Shown: piece after piece, positions 1 through 8,141 of the stretch
Numbering within the stretch: position 1 is the stretch's first letter
Layout of the letters: each line of letters starts with the position of its first letter
NCBI GenBank assembly: GCA_029936195.1
Contig: JAPYUH010000004.1
Location: 1 to 51,125 of the forward strand
Direction of reading: 5' to 3'
Length of the DNA stretch: 51,125 nt
DNA from: Alphaproteobacteria bacterium
GTDB taxonomy: Bacteria > Pseudomonadota > Alphaproteobacteria > GCA-2731375
The notes under the pieces: model-generated
Databases searched by the model: none
Told to the model about the DNA's origin: nothing
What the model saw: only the letters and a program-made list of their open reading frames with translations
Made by a program: the position numbers and the translations under genes

Positions 1-132
1 GTCCTCGTCGGTAATGCGGACCAGGATGTTCTGTTTGCCTTCCGCCAAGGTGCGGGAGGCCCCGCGCGGCAGGGTCAAGACAGCCTTCAGCGGCATGACG
101 ATGGGGAAGAGATCGATGCTTTTGATTTTCAT
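1..132 (-). CDS. Enolase-superfamily enzyme (mandelate racemase/muconate lactonizing enzyme family). Only the N-terminal 44 codons are present; the gene runs off the left edge.
   Basis: Manual minus-strand translation from the ATG at 130-132 gives MKIKSIDLFPIVMPLKAVLTLPRGASRTLAEGKQNILVRITDED. This is a typical MR/MLE N-terminal start. The frame is open to position 1. It lies 18 nt downstream of the PHP-like gene on the same strand. Confidence 0.55.
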   Translation of the reverse strand, partial: MKIKSIDLFPIVMPLKAVLTLPRGASRTLAEGKQNILVRITDED

Positions 133-150
133 TTTGCTTTATTTGCGGCC

Positions 151-1680
151 TCAATCATAGTTCATGAACACCGGGCTGGCCCAGGCATTATGCCCATTGA
201 ACTGTCGCGCCCTGAGATAAATGTTCGATGGGCCCCTACCTGCATCAAGACTGCCGGCATCAAGATTGCCCGCATCCAGATTGACCTTGCCACTGACCCG
301 GCTGGCGGCGGCGGGGACCAGACGGTGCCATTGGTAATTTTCCTTGGGGAAATCGCCGGTACGCATGTTGTCCGAGCCGACAAATAAATCACCAATTCGG
401 CTATTGCTCCGCTGCTCCGATGGCGCCGTCATGTGCAGATCCAACGTGGTCCGCGCACTGCCTTCGAGCTCCAGGATGACGCTTTGGTTCGGGTTCTGCC
501 GGTAGGCGCCCCTGCGTCCGGAATAGGATTGAATGCTCAGCGTGCTCTCCGATGTTTGTTCAACGCAGTGCCGGCGTTCTTCCACGAATGGCCCGGATTG
601 CAGACAGGGAAACGCGCGCAGCAGACGGCCGTCGTGGATCTTCAACGCGAAGGACCAGTCGCAAATGCGTTCCAGGGCCAAATCACCCCAAGGGCCCCAG
701 CCCCATTCCAGCCTGATCTGGAATTTAGCTGCCATGGCCTCATCCAGCGAAACCTGCGGATCTGGATGGGCGCGATGCACAATGCGGCCATCCTGGATCA
801 ACTCCACCACATCCATTTCGTCCCGGCCCTGAACATCGTAGCCCACTTCGATGGAAGCGCCGGTTTCAACGGCGGATCCCATGACCGCCCCGTCGACCGT
901 GAAATCAACCTCGATACGGTCACCGGTCAGCGCCCAGGTGCGCCGGCTGTTGATGGCCTCCATGATAGCGTCCCGGTTCAAATCCGCCGCCAGAACGCCC
1001 AGCAATCCCTCCCCATAGGCGCCGGGAAAGGCGTTGTGGCTGTCGGAGGAGGCGACGAAACCGAATTTCAGACCCCGGCCCAGTCCGATCCGGGCCGTGT
1101 TGGCGGTTTGCCGGCCGCCAAGTGAATGGTTGAAGAAGGAGGGATTACCCCGGTCCTCCTCGGAATTGCCGTGTTCGGAAAAAATCTCCACCACCGGGGT
1201 GCGGCTGCCATCGAATTCATCCCAATTGACGCCCCGTTCGCCGCGGGGGTAGGCCAGGTGGTGGGGGATCATCAGGGCGTTCTTTTCGACACAGAAATTT
1301 CGCAGGTCACGGATATGGTCGGGATAGGCCATGGGCTGGTGATCATCGGGAAACACCACGCATTGATCGCCGAAGCGGGAGGAATGCCATTCAAAGCCAA
1401 GATAGGCGGCGAATTCTCCATCCCTGTTCGTATCCGCGATCAGGTCCTGAACCTTGGGCCAGCCATTGCGCAGAACTTCGAACCCGTTCAGCCAATGATT
1501 TTCCCGGCCGCCTTCCATGGCCTTCATATCGTGCCAGCTGGAGTGGCCGGTGAAGGCAAAGAAATCCAGATGGCCCCGGGCCACGTCGATACTGCGTTCC
1601 AGCGAACCAACGCCATAACCCATGGCATTATGGTTGTGGATATCGCCGAACAATATGGAATATGGTCTATTCACGCTCAA
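151..1680 (-). CDS. PHP-domain-like metal-dependent hydrolase (CehA/McbA-like); specific function unknown
   Basis: 509-aa ORF with His/Asp-rich ligand motifs: FGDIHNHN, FTGHSSWHD, IPHHLAYP, SEHGNSE, SSDSHNAF. The start is TTG at 1680, with GTG at 1674 as an alternative. Confidence 0.7.
   Translation of the reverse strand: MSVNRPYSILFGDIHNHNAMGYGVGSLERSIDVARGHLDFFAFTGHSSWHDMKAMEGGRENHWLNGFEVLRNGWPKVQDLIADTNRDGEFAAYLGFEWHSSRFGDQCVVFPDDHQPMAYPDHIRDLRNFCVEKNALMIPHHLAYPRGERGVNWDEFDGSRTPVVEIFSEHGNSEEDRGNPSFFNHSLGGRQTANTARIGLGRGLKFGFVASSDSHNAFPGAYGEGLLGVLAADLNRDAIMEAINSRRTWALTGDRIEVDFTVDGAVMGSAVETGASIEVGYDVQGRDEMDVVELIQDGRIVHRAHPDPQVSLDEAMAAKFQIRLEWGWGPWGDLALERICDWSFALKIHDGRLLRAFPCLQSGPFVEERRHCVEQTSESTLSIQSYSGRRGAYRQNPNQSVILELEGSARTTLDLHMTAPSEQRSNSRIGDLFVGSDNMRTGDFPKENYQWHRLVPAAASRVSGKVNLDAGNLDAGSLDAGRGPSNIYLRARQFNGHNAWASPVFMNYD
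242..286. repeat. Three imperfect 15-bp tandem units, in frame, inside the PHP-like gene
   Basis: The units are gcatcaagactgccg / gcatcaagattgccc / gcatccagattgacc. On the minus strand they encode NLDAG-NLDAG-SLDAG. Confidence 0.85.
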
Positions 1681-1698
1681 GTCCGGAAACTGCTTGTG

Positions 1699-1720
1699 TA
1701 AGTAACTGCATGGTTACTTA
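1699..1720. promoter_or_regulatory. Perfect 8-bp inverted repeat, TAAGTAAC-N6-GTTACTTA; candidate operator in a divergent promoter region
   Basis: Read directly from the sequence. It lies 19-40 bp upstream of the PHP-like gene start and about 50 bp upstream of the TIM-barrel gene remnant. Confidence 0.35.
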
Positions 1721-1771
1721 AAATAGCGGCAGATGCCGTCTTCGTCAAATTAGCAATTTATGGTGGCCGTC

Positions 1772-1999
1772 ATGAAACTGTCTTTATGCAATGAAGTCCT
1801 CGGTGATATGCCGTTCCCGGAACAATGCGCCATGGCCGCAAGTCTGGGCTATGACGGTATTGAGTTGGCGCCGTTCACCGTGGTCGATGGTCCCCGTGAG
1901 ATGACGGCGAAGCAAATTGCCATGGTGCGCCTGGCCGCGGCGGATGCCGGCATCGCCAAAATGGGCGGAGTATCGGCGCGCCCGGCATGTTCAAAATGA
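1772..1999 (+). pseudogene. 5' remnant of a sugar-phosphate isomerase/epimerase gene (xylose isomerase-like TIM barrel)
   Basis: MKLSLCNEVLGDMPFPEQCAMAASLGYDGIELAPFTVVDGPREMTAKQIAMVRLAAADAGI matches the N-terminus of proteins that are about 260-280 aa long. The reading then degenerates (AKMGGVSARPACSK) and stops at 1999. The rest cannot exist because the convergent gmaS-like gene ends at 2009. Confidence 0.55.
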
Positions 2000-2008
2000 G
2001 CGCGCGGA

Positions 2009-3316
2009 TCAGCAATCCAGCGTCGTATCCCGTTCCCATTGGGTAAGATGGTGCGAATATTGGTCCCAATCATTCGTTTTTAGTTTGATGTAGGCATCGC
2101 AAAATTCATTGCCCATGGCGGAACGCAAGACCTTGTCCTTGGCGAACAGGCGGATGGCGTCGATCAAATAGAGCGGCAGTTTCTTGGCGCCGCGTACTTT
2201 GTGGCCGTCCGCGTACATGTCGATATCAAGCCGTTTGCCCGGATCAATCTTATGGGCGATGCCATCCAGTCCGGCCGCAAGATAACCCGCCATCAGCAGG
2301 TAGGGGTTTGCCGCGCCATCGGCCAGGCGGAATTCGAACCGGCCTTCATCGGGCACCCGCACCATATGGGTGCGGTTGTTGCCGCCGAAGGTTACGGTAT
2401 TCGGCGCCCAGGTAGCGCCGGAAGAAGTGACGGGCGCATTGATGCGTTTGTAGGAATTTACCGTCGGATTGGTAATTGCCGCCAGACCCTGGGCATGGGC
2501 CAGCACCCCGCCGAGAAAATGGTAGCCCAACGCCGATATTCCCAATTCGCCGTTCGGATCATGGGTCAGACAAGTTGCCCCGTCCAGGCTCCACAATGAC
2601 GCATGGACGTGACAGCCGTTGCCGGTCAGGTGGCTGAACGGCTTGGGCATGAAAGTGGCGCGCAGCCCGTGTTTTTCGGCAATCGACTTCACCAGAAACC
2701 GGAAAAAGCATAACTGGTCCGCCGTTTTCAGGCAGTCGTAAAAATCCCAATTTATCTCGAATTGCCCGTTGGCGTCTTCGTGATCATTTTGGTATGGCCC
2801 CCAGCCCAACTGGCCCAGGGAAGTGCAAATTTCCGCGATCACATCGTAGCGGCGCATCAGCGCGGATTGGTCGTAACATGGCTTTTCCTGGATATCGCGT
2901 TGATCGGATATCGCCGAGCCGTCTTCATTGATGAGATGGAATTCCGGCTCAACACCAGCTTTCATCTCCAATCCCATGGCCGCCGCCTGAGCGACCACAC
3001 CTTGCAGCACATTACGTGGCGCCTGGGCGACCTTTTCGCCGTCCATATAAAGATCACCCGGCACCCATGCCACTTCCGGCTTCCACGGCAACTGGATAAC
3101 CGCGTCGCCATCCGGCATGGCGAACATGTCGGGATGCGCCGGCGTCATGTCCAGCCAGGCCGCGAAACCGGCAAATCCGGCGCCGGATTTCTGCATGCCG
3201 CCAATAGCCGCCGCCGGAACCAATTTGGATCGCTGGGTGCCGAACAGGTCGGTGAAATTCATCAGGAAAAATTTTATGCCGTTATCATCGGCGTATTGCG
3301 CCAGATCGGTTGTCAT
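2009..3316 (-). CDS. gmaS: Glutamine synthetase family protein, type III/GlnT-like; probable gamma-glutamylmethylamide synthetase
   Basis: 435-aa ORF with GS catalytic-domain motifs: VEPEFHL, NDHEDANGQFEINW, ATFMPKP, GNGCHVHASLW, NSYKRI, NRTHMVRVP, FEFRLADGAANPYL. It sits directly downstream of the mgsABC-like genes. Confidence 0.7.
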   Translation of the reverse strand: MTTDLAQYADDNGIKFFLMNFTDLFGTQRSKLVPAAAIGGMQKSGAGFAGFAAWLDMTPAHPDMFAMPDGDAVIQLPWKPEVAWVPGDLYMDGEKVAQAPRNVLQGVVAQAAAMGLEMKAGVEPEFHLINEDGSAISDQRDIQEKPCYDQSALMRRYDVIAEICTSLGQLGWGPYQNDHEDANGQFEINWDFYDCLKTADQLCFFRFLVKSIAEKHGLRATFMPKPFSHLTGNGCHVHASLWSLDGATCLTHDPNGELGISALGYHFLGGVLAHAQGLAAITNPTVNSYKRINAPVTSSGATWAPNTVTFGGNNRTHMVRVPDEGRFEFRLADGAANPYLLMAGYLAAGLDGIAHKIDPGKRLDIDMYADGHKVRGAKKLPLYLIDAIRLFAKDKVLRSAMGNEFCDAYIKLKTNDWDQYSHHLTQWERDTTLDC

Positions 3317-3331
3317 GATTGCTCTCCCTAT

Positions 3332-4684
3332 CTAATAACCGGACCGGCCTGGAATCCAGTCCGTTCCAGCCAGCGGCACTTTTGCCATCGCCGCCGCCTC
3401 CACGGTCAGCGCAACCAGGTCTTCGGGTTCCAGATTGTTAACATGGCTCTTGCCGCAGGCCCGGGCGATGGTCTGCGCCTCCAGGGTCATGACTTTGAGA
3501 TAGTTGGCGAGCCGGCGGCCGGCGGCGATGGGGTCCAGGCGTTTGGCAAGCTCCGCGTCCTGGGTTGAAATGCCGGCCGGGTCACGGCCCTCGTGCCAAT
3601 CGTCATAGGCGCCGGCGGTCGTGCCCAGCTGGTTGAATTCTTCTTCAAATATCGGATCATTGTCGCCCAGGGCGACCAAGGCCGCCGTGCCGATGGACAC
3701 CGCATCGGCGCCAAGTGCGAGCGCCTTCGCCACGTCGGCACCATTGCGGATGCCGCCCGAAATGATCAACTGCACCTTGCGATGCATGCCAAGATCCTGC
3801 AGCGCATCCACCGCCGGGCGGATACAGGCCAGCGTGGGTTGGCCCACATGTTCGATGAAAATTTCCTGGGTCGCCGCCGTGCCGCCCTGCATGCCGTCCA
3901 GCACCACCACGTCGGCGCCGGCCTTGACGCACAAAGCGGTGTCATAGAACGGCCGCGTGCCGCTGATTTTTACAAAGATCGGTTTTTCCCAGTTGGTGAT
4001 TTCACGAAGTTCCCGGATCTTTATCGCCAGGTCATCCGGCCCGGTCCAGTCCGGATGCCGGCAGGCCGAACGTTGATCGATACCCTTGGGGAGGTTGCGC
4101 ATTTCCGCCACGCGATCGGATATTTTTTGCCCCAGCAGCATGCCGCCGCCACCCGGCTTGGCACCTTGACCAACCACCACTTCGATCGCGTCCGCCTGGC
4201 GCAGATCGTTCGGATTCATGCCATAGCGTGAAGGCAGATATTGATAGACCAGGGTTTTCGATTGACCACGTTCTTCCGCCGTCATGCCGCCGTCACCGGT
4301 CGTGGTTGAGGTGCCGGCAATCGTTGCGCCGCGCCCAAGCGCCTCTTTCGCTTGCGCCGAAAGGGCGCCAAAACTCATGCCCGCGATGGTGATGGGAATG
4401 TCAAGTTCGATGGGTTTTTTGGCGTTCTGGCTGCCGAGCACCACGTTAGTGTCACATCTCTCCCGATAACCTTCGAGAGGGTACCGGGACATGGAGGCGC
4501 CGAGAAACAACAGATCGTCAAAATGCGGCATTTTCCGCTTCGCGCCGCCGCCGCGAATATCATAAATTCCGGTCGCCGCCGCCCGGCGAATCTCGGACAA
4601 GGTGTAGTCGTCGAAAGTCGCTGACCTGCGCGGTAGGGTCGCTGGTAGCGTCACTGTTTGCGTCACTGGGGTTTCCACGGCCAT
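3332..4684 (-). CDS. mgsC: FMN-binding glutamate synthase family protein; probable N-methylglutamate synthase subunit C
   Basis: 450-aa ORF resembling the GltB FMN domain: MSFGALS, GEGG-type GDGGM, GQGAKPGGGG, DGMQGGTAAT, LIISGGIRNG. Confidence 0.7.
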   Translation of the reverse strand: MAVETPVTQTVTLPATLPRRSATFDDYTLSEIRRAAATGIYDIRGGGAKRKMPHFDDLLFLGASMSRYPLEGYRERCDTNVVLGSQNAKKPIELDIPITIAGMSFGALSAQAKEALGRGATIAGTSTTTGDGGMTAEERGQSKTLVYQYLPSRYGMNPNDLRQADAIEVVVGQGAKPGGGGMLLGQKISDRVAEMRNLPKGIDQRSACRHPDWTGPDDLAIKIRELREITNWEKPIFVKISGTRPFYDTALCVKAGADVVVLDGMQGGTAATQEIFIEHVGQPTLACIRPAVDALQDLGMHRKVQLIISGGIRNGADVAKALALGADAVSIGTAALVALGDNDPIFEEEFNQLGTTAGAYDDWHEGRDPAGISTQDAELAKRLDPIAAGRRLANYLKVMTLEAQTIARACGKSHVNNLEPEDLVALTVEAAAMAKVPLAGTDWIPGRSGY

Positions 4685-4693
4685 TTTCCCGCC

Positions 4694-5377
4694 TCAATAT
4701 GCGTCTGCGTTGTCGATGTCGAAATTGTATAATGTGCGGGCCGAGCCATAGCGCCTAAAGTTGCCTGGATCCGCATCGATATTGGCGGCGTTGAGCAATT
4801 CGGCCAGCTTGGCGAGATGCTCCGGGCGCATCTCTTTTTCGACACAGTCGGCGCCAAGACTGGCAACCTTGCCACGCACAAACATGATGGCCTCATAAAT
4901 TGAATCGCCCAAGGCATCGGAGGCGTCGCCGCAAACGACCAGGTGGCCCGACTGCGCCATGAAGCCCGACATATGGCCGACGGACCCGCCGACCACGATA
5001 TCAACGCCTTTCATTGAAATGCCGCAGCGTGATGACGCATCGCCCTCGATCACCAGCAACCCGCCATGGGCCGTGGCGCCCGCCGAATCCGAGGCACTGC
5101 CCATGACCCGCACTTGGCCCGACATCATATTCTCGGCGATACCAACGCCGGCATGGCCATGGATGGTAATCCCCGCCTGCTGGTTCATGCCGCCACAGTA
5201 AAAGCCCACATGGCCATTGATGGTGACCTCGATCGGCGCATCCAAGCCGCAGGCAATGGCATGCTGGCCCATGGGATTGGTGATCAGCCAATCCGGTTCG
5301 TTGGCGCCATTCGGTATGCCATGCAGCGCCGAATTGACGCCGCGGACGCCGAGCTCTTTCAGGTCAAGTTTCGGCAT
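4694..5377 (-). CDS. mgsB: GXGXG-motif protein (glutamate synthase alpha-subunit C-terminal domain-like); probable N-methylglutamate synthase subunit B
   Basis: The ORF is trimmed to MPKLDLKEL (M40 of the 266-aa track ORF). That start lies 5 nt after the mgsA stop. Repeated G-x-G beta-helix motifs are present (GHVGFYCGGM, IHGHAGVGIAENM, VMGSASDSAGA). Confidence 0.65.
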   Translation of the reverse strand: MPKLDLKELGVRGVNSALHGIPNGANEPDWLITNPMGQHAIACGLDAPIEVTINGHVGFYCGGMNQQAGITIHGHAGVGIAENMMSGQVRVMGSASDSAGATAHGGLLVIEGDASSRCGISMKGVDIVVGGSVGHMSGFMAQSGHLVVCGDASDALGDSIYEAIMFVRGKVASLGADCVEKEMRPEHLAKLAELLNAANIDADPGNFRRYGSARTLYNFDIDNADAY

Positions 5378-5382
5378 GATCG

Positions 5383-6282
5383 TTAGGCGCTTCCCCAGGT
5401 ATAGATCTTGTGCGGTTCCGGCTCCCAAATCCTGGCCGTATCCGCGCCGGGCAGATGGGCGATGGCGCGATACTCGGTCGCCATGGCCACCCATTCCCCG
5501 GTCTCGGCCAACACCGCGTGTTTACAGCCGAAAGGATCGCGAACAACGGCAAAACCGTCGGCGGTGCCGACACAGAATGTGTAGAATCCGTCCAATTCGA
5601 CAAGCCCGGCCTCCAGCGCCGCGTGCAAGGACAGACCCCGGCGCAAATTCAGGGTCATGAAACCCGCCGCGACCTCCGTATCGTTTTCCGTCTGGAAGAC
5701 AATTCCGTCCCGCTCGAGCTTGCGGCGCAGGTGATTGTGGTTCGACAGCGAGCCGTTGTGCACCAGACATAAATCCAACCCGGTGGCGAAGGGATGGGAG
5801 CCAGCGGTGGTTACAGCGCTTTCCGTCGCCATGCGTGTATGGCCGATGGCGTGGCTGCCGTGCGCGCTGGTCAGCTTGAACTGTTCGACGACGTCTTTCG
5901 GCAGGCCGGTCTGTTTAAAAATTTCGATACTTCGTCCCGAACCAACGACCCGAATTCGTGGCCGGCTCTCCGCCAGCCAGGCTTGCGCCGCAAAGGCATC
6001 GGCATCGGTGACCAGAACCGCGTGATCGCCCTGGATATCCAGCCGCGCCTGGCAAATCAACGCCCTTGCCAAATCGGTGTCGAGCGCCTTCCAGTCGGTG
6101 TCGGGGTCATCGCTGGCCAGGGTAAACTTGGTCTGATGTTCACTGACCGGGTCGCGGTAAATCGCAAAACCCGCCGAGTCCGGCCCTCGGTCGGTCATCT
6201 CGATCAGCATCGGCGCAAACAGTTCACCCAGGCTTGCTTGAAGGGTTGGATCTTTCAAATAAAGCCCAACGATACCGCACAT
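5383..6282 (-). CDS. mgsA: Class II (Ntn) glutamine amidotransferase; probable N-methylglutamate synthase subunit A
   Basis: The start is set at MCGIVGLYLK so that Cys2 is the Ntn nucleophile. A GGGGGGAA Shine-Dalgarno sequence lies 7 nt upstream. The track ORF extends 18 codons further upstream without support. Confidence 0.7.
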   Translation of the reverse strand: MCGIVGLYLKDPTLQASLGELFAPMLIEMTDRGPDSAGFAIYRDPVSEHQTKFTLASDDPDTDWKALDTDLARALICQARLDIQGDHAVLVTDADAFAAQAWLAESRPRIRVVGSGRSIEIFKQTGLPKDVVEQFKLTSAHGSHAIGHTRMATESAVTTAGSHPFATGLDLCLVHNGSLSNHNHLRRKLERDGIVFQTENDTEVAAGFMTLNLRRGLSLHAALEAGLVELDGFYTFCVGTADGFAVVRDPFGCKHAVLAETGEWVAMATEYRAIAHLPGADTARIWEPEPHKIYTWGSA

Positions 6283-6630
6283 TGTCATTCCCCCCGCGTG
6301 CATGCCCAATATCGAAGCATCACGCCAACAGCGCATTTTGCGTCTCCAGGGGCGAAGTTTAGCGGCAGATGTTGGATGAATCTATCTGTGTTCACGAACC
6401 GGTCAATACCGGCTGGTGGTGCTTTCCGCCGCCATCATGCGCGAACCCCAATGGGCAGTGTTGCGCGGCATGATTTCAAGCATCCGGACGATCGCCGCCC
6501 GCCCACTTGGCCAGGCCCCGTGCCGCCGTGCGACTCGCTATCAAGGCCACCAACGCCTCCCATCGTTCCATACTCAACGTCACGGGCGCCGCATTCCAAG
6601 ACCTCGCAATATATCCCGAAATTTGGCCAG

Positions 6631-6670
6631 GCCCTTCAAAGCCCTTCAAAGCCGCTCAAAGCCGTCGCAA
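6631..6670. repeat. Four degenerate 10-bp tandem units
   Basis: The units are gcccttcaaa, gcccttcaaa, gccgctcaaa, gccgtcgcaa. They span the stop codon (6656-6658) of the alpha/beta hydrolase gene. Confidence 0.8.
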
Positions 6671-7315
6671 GAATTCCGCCACCGCATCCATCGCCTCCTC
6701 CCAGTTACCTTCCTGGGTGAAGCCGGAACGTTTACGCGGGGTGAGGTCGTGGTTGCCGTCGGGGCACCAGTGCAGCTGGATTTTGCGCGATAAGGTATAG
6801 CCGGCCACCTCGTCGCGGTTGCCCAGGGCATCGCGGTCGCCTTGGACAATGAGGGTCGGGGTTGCTAAATCGGCCAGGTGCGCCGTGCGCGGGCGGTCGG
6901 GCTTGCCGGCGGGATGGAAGGGGTAGGCGAGACAAACCACGGCTTGAATTTGGGCGGCGATTTCAGGCGCATCAGCCTCGGCCGCCAGCAGGGTGGCCAT
7001 GCGGCCGCCCATTGATTTACCGCCAATGGCGAGGGGCGCATGGCCGAATTGTGCCATGACCTCGCGCCAGGCCTGCAGCAGGACCGGCGCACGGTCGGGC
7101 GGGCGCTTCTTGCCAGTTGCACGGCGAATGGCCATATATGGGAACTCAAACCGCGCGGTACGGATGCCCCGTTGGCCGCCGCGTTGGCCGCCGCGTTTCG
7201 CAATGCCGGCGGCAAAGACATTCATGAAGTCGCTGTCCATGGGGGCGCCGGCGCCATGGGCCAGGATAAGGGTAAGGGCGGCATCTTCCGGGCCGTCAAA
7301 CAGGATAGGGATCAT
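6656..7315 (-). CDS. Alpha/beta-fold hydrolase (COG3571 / KANL3-Tex30-like predicted hydrolase)
   Basis: Trimmed to MIPILFDGPEDAALTLILAHGAGAPMDSDFM, the typical family N-terminus. A nucleophile-elbow-like GGKSMGG and a C-terminal GDRD...GNHD are present. Confidence 0.7.
   Translation of the reverse strand: MIPILFDGPEDAALTLILAHGAGAPMDSDFMNVFAAGIAKRGGQRGGQRGIRTARFEFPYMAIRRATGKKRPPDRAPVLLQAWREVMAQFGHAPLAIGGKSMGGRMATLLAAEADAPEIAAQIQAVVCLAYPFHPAGKPDRPRTAHLADLATPTLIVQGDRDALGNRDEVAGYTLSRKIQLHWCPDGNHDLTPRKRSGFTQEGNWEEAMDAVAEFLRRL
7170..7193. repeat. Perfect 12-bp tandem duplication (cgttggccgccg x2), in frame
   Basis: Encodes the duplicated GGQR-GGQR within the hydrolase (AKRGGQRGGQRGIRT). Confidence 0.9.
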
Positions 7316-8141
7316 GGTGGACAGTATACTGCAAAACGAGGGACCGATCAGGCTGTCCATATTCCTCGGCGTGCTGGCGGTGATGGCATGTTGGGAGCTG
7401 GCCGCGCCCCGGCGCGATCTGACCCTGTCGAAATGGCGCCGCTGGGCCGGTAATCTTGGGATCGTGGTGGTGAACACCGTGGTCATGCGCTTGCTCTTTC
7501 CCATTCTGGCCGTGGGCACGGCAGTTTGGGCCCAAAAAAATGGCTGGGGCCTGTTCAATCTGATCGCCTTGCCGGAATGGGTGGAAGTTGCGGCGGCGGC
7601 CATATTGCTGGACATGGCGGTCTATTGGCAGCACCGCCTGTTCCATATGATCCCGCTGTTCTGGCGCATGCACCGAATGCACCATGCGGACCGGGATTTC
7701 GATGTCACCACGGCGCTGCGCTTTCATCCCCTGGAAATCATCGTTTCCATAGTAATTAAGCTGGGCCTGGTGCTGATCCTCGGCCCCGCCGCCCTGGCCG
7801 TGCTGATCTTCGAGGTGTTGCTGAACGGCACCGCCATGTTCAACCATGCCAACGTCCGCCTGCCCCTGGGCCTGGACCGGTGGCTGCGCCTGGTGGTGGT
7901 GACGCCGGACATGCATCGGGTGCATCATTCCGTCGAGAGCGGCGAGTTCAACCGGAATTTCGGCTTCAACCTGCCCTGGTGGGACCGCCTGTTCGGCTCT
8001 TACAAGGCGCAGCCCGACCGGGGGCACGAGGAGATGGAGATTGGCCTGCACGCCTACGGCGCCGGGGTTTGCGCCAATCTGTTGTGGATGCTAGTGCTGC
8101 CCATCAAGGCAATAGAGGACGAGCCGAATGACCAAGGTTGA
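7314..8141 (+). CDS. Fatty acid hydroxylase / sterol desaturase family membrane protein
   Basis: Start at MVDSILQNEGPIRL. Three His boxes are present (HRLFH, HRMHH, HRVHH), along with hydrophobic segments. Confidence 0.75.
   Translation: MVDSILQNEGPIRLSIFLGVLAVMACWELAAPRRDLTLSKWRRWAGNLGIVVVNTVVMRLLFPILAVGTAVWAQKNGWGLFNLIALPEWVEVAAAAILLDMAVYWQHRLFHMIPLFWRMHRMHHADRDFDVTTALRFHPLEIIVSIVIKLGLVLILGPAALAVLIFEVLLNGTAMFNHANVRLPLGLDRWLRLVVVTPDMHRVHHSVESGEFNRNFGFNLPWWDRLFGSYKAQPDRGHEEMEIGLHAYGAGVCANLLWMLVLPIKAIEDEPNDQG

Noticed and set aside
5383-6336. 5'-extended versions of several track ORFs. These are mgsA from 6336, mgsB from 5494, the hydrolase from 7615, the hydroxylase from 6993, upp from 14062, the lhgO-like gene from 19928, DUF3179 from 19910, dapD from 40255 and the crotonase from 47141.
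   Set aside because: The extensions overlap neighbouring genes, lack family-typical sequence, and are Arg/Pro-rich. Internal starts give canonical N-termini with a plausible SD sequence or coupling.
6283-6450. A sigma-54 (-24/-12) promoter upstream of mgsA. Candidates were CTGGAGACGCAAAATGCG and TGGCGTGATGCTTCG on the minus strand.
   Set aside because: The first has GG-N11-GC spacing instead of N10. The second has TTCG in place of TTGC, so the invariant GC is lost. Neither meets the consensus.
6476-6571. A 31-aa minus-strand ORF (MERWEALVALIASRTAARGLAKWAGGDRPDA) in the mgsA upstream region.
   Set aside because: There is no convincing Shine-Dalgarno sequence and no recognisable family. An ORF of this length is expected by chance in GC-rich DNA.
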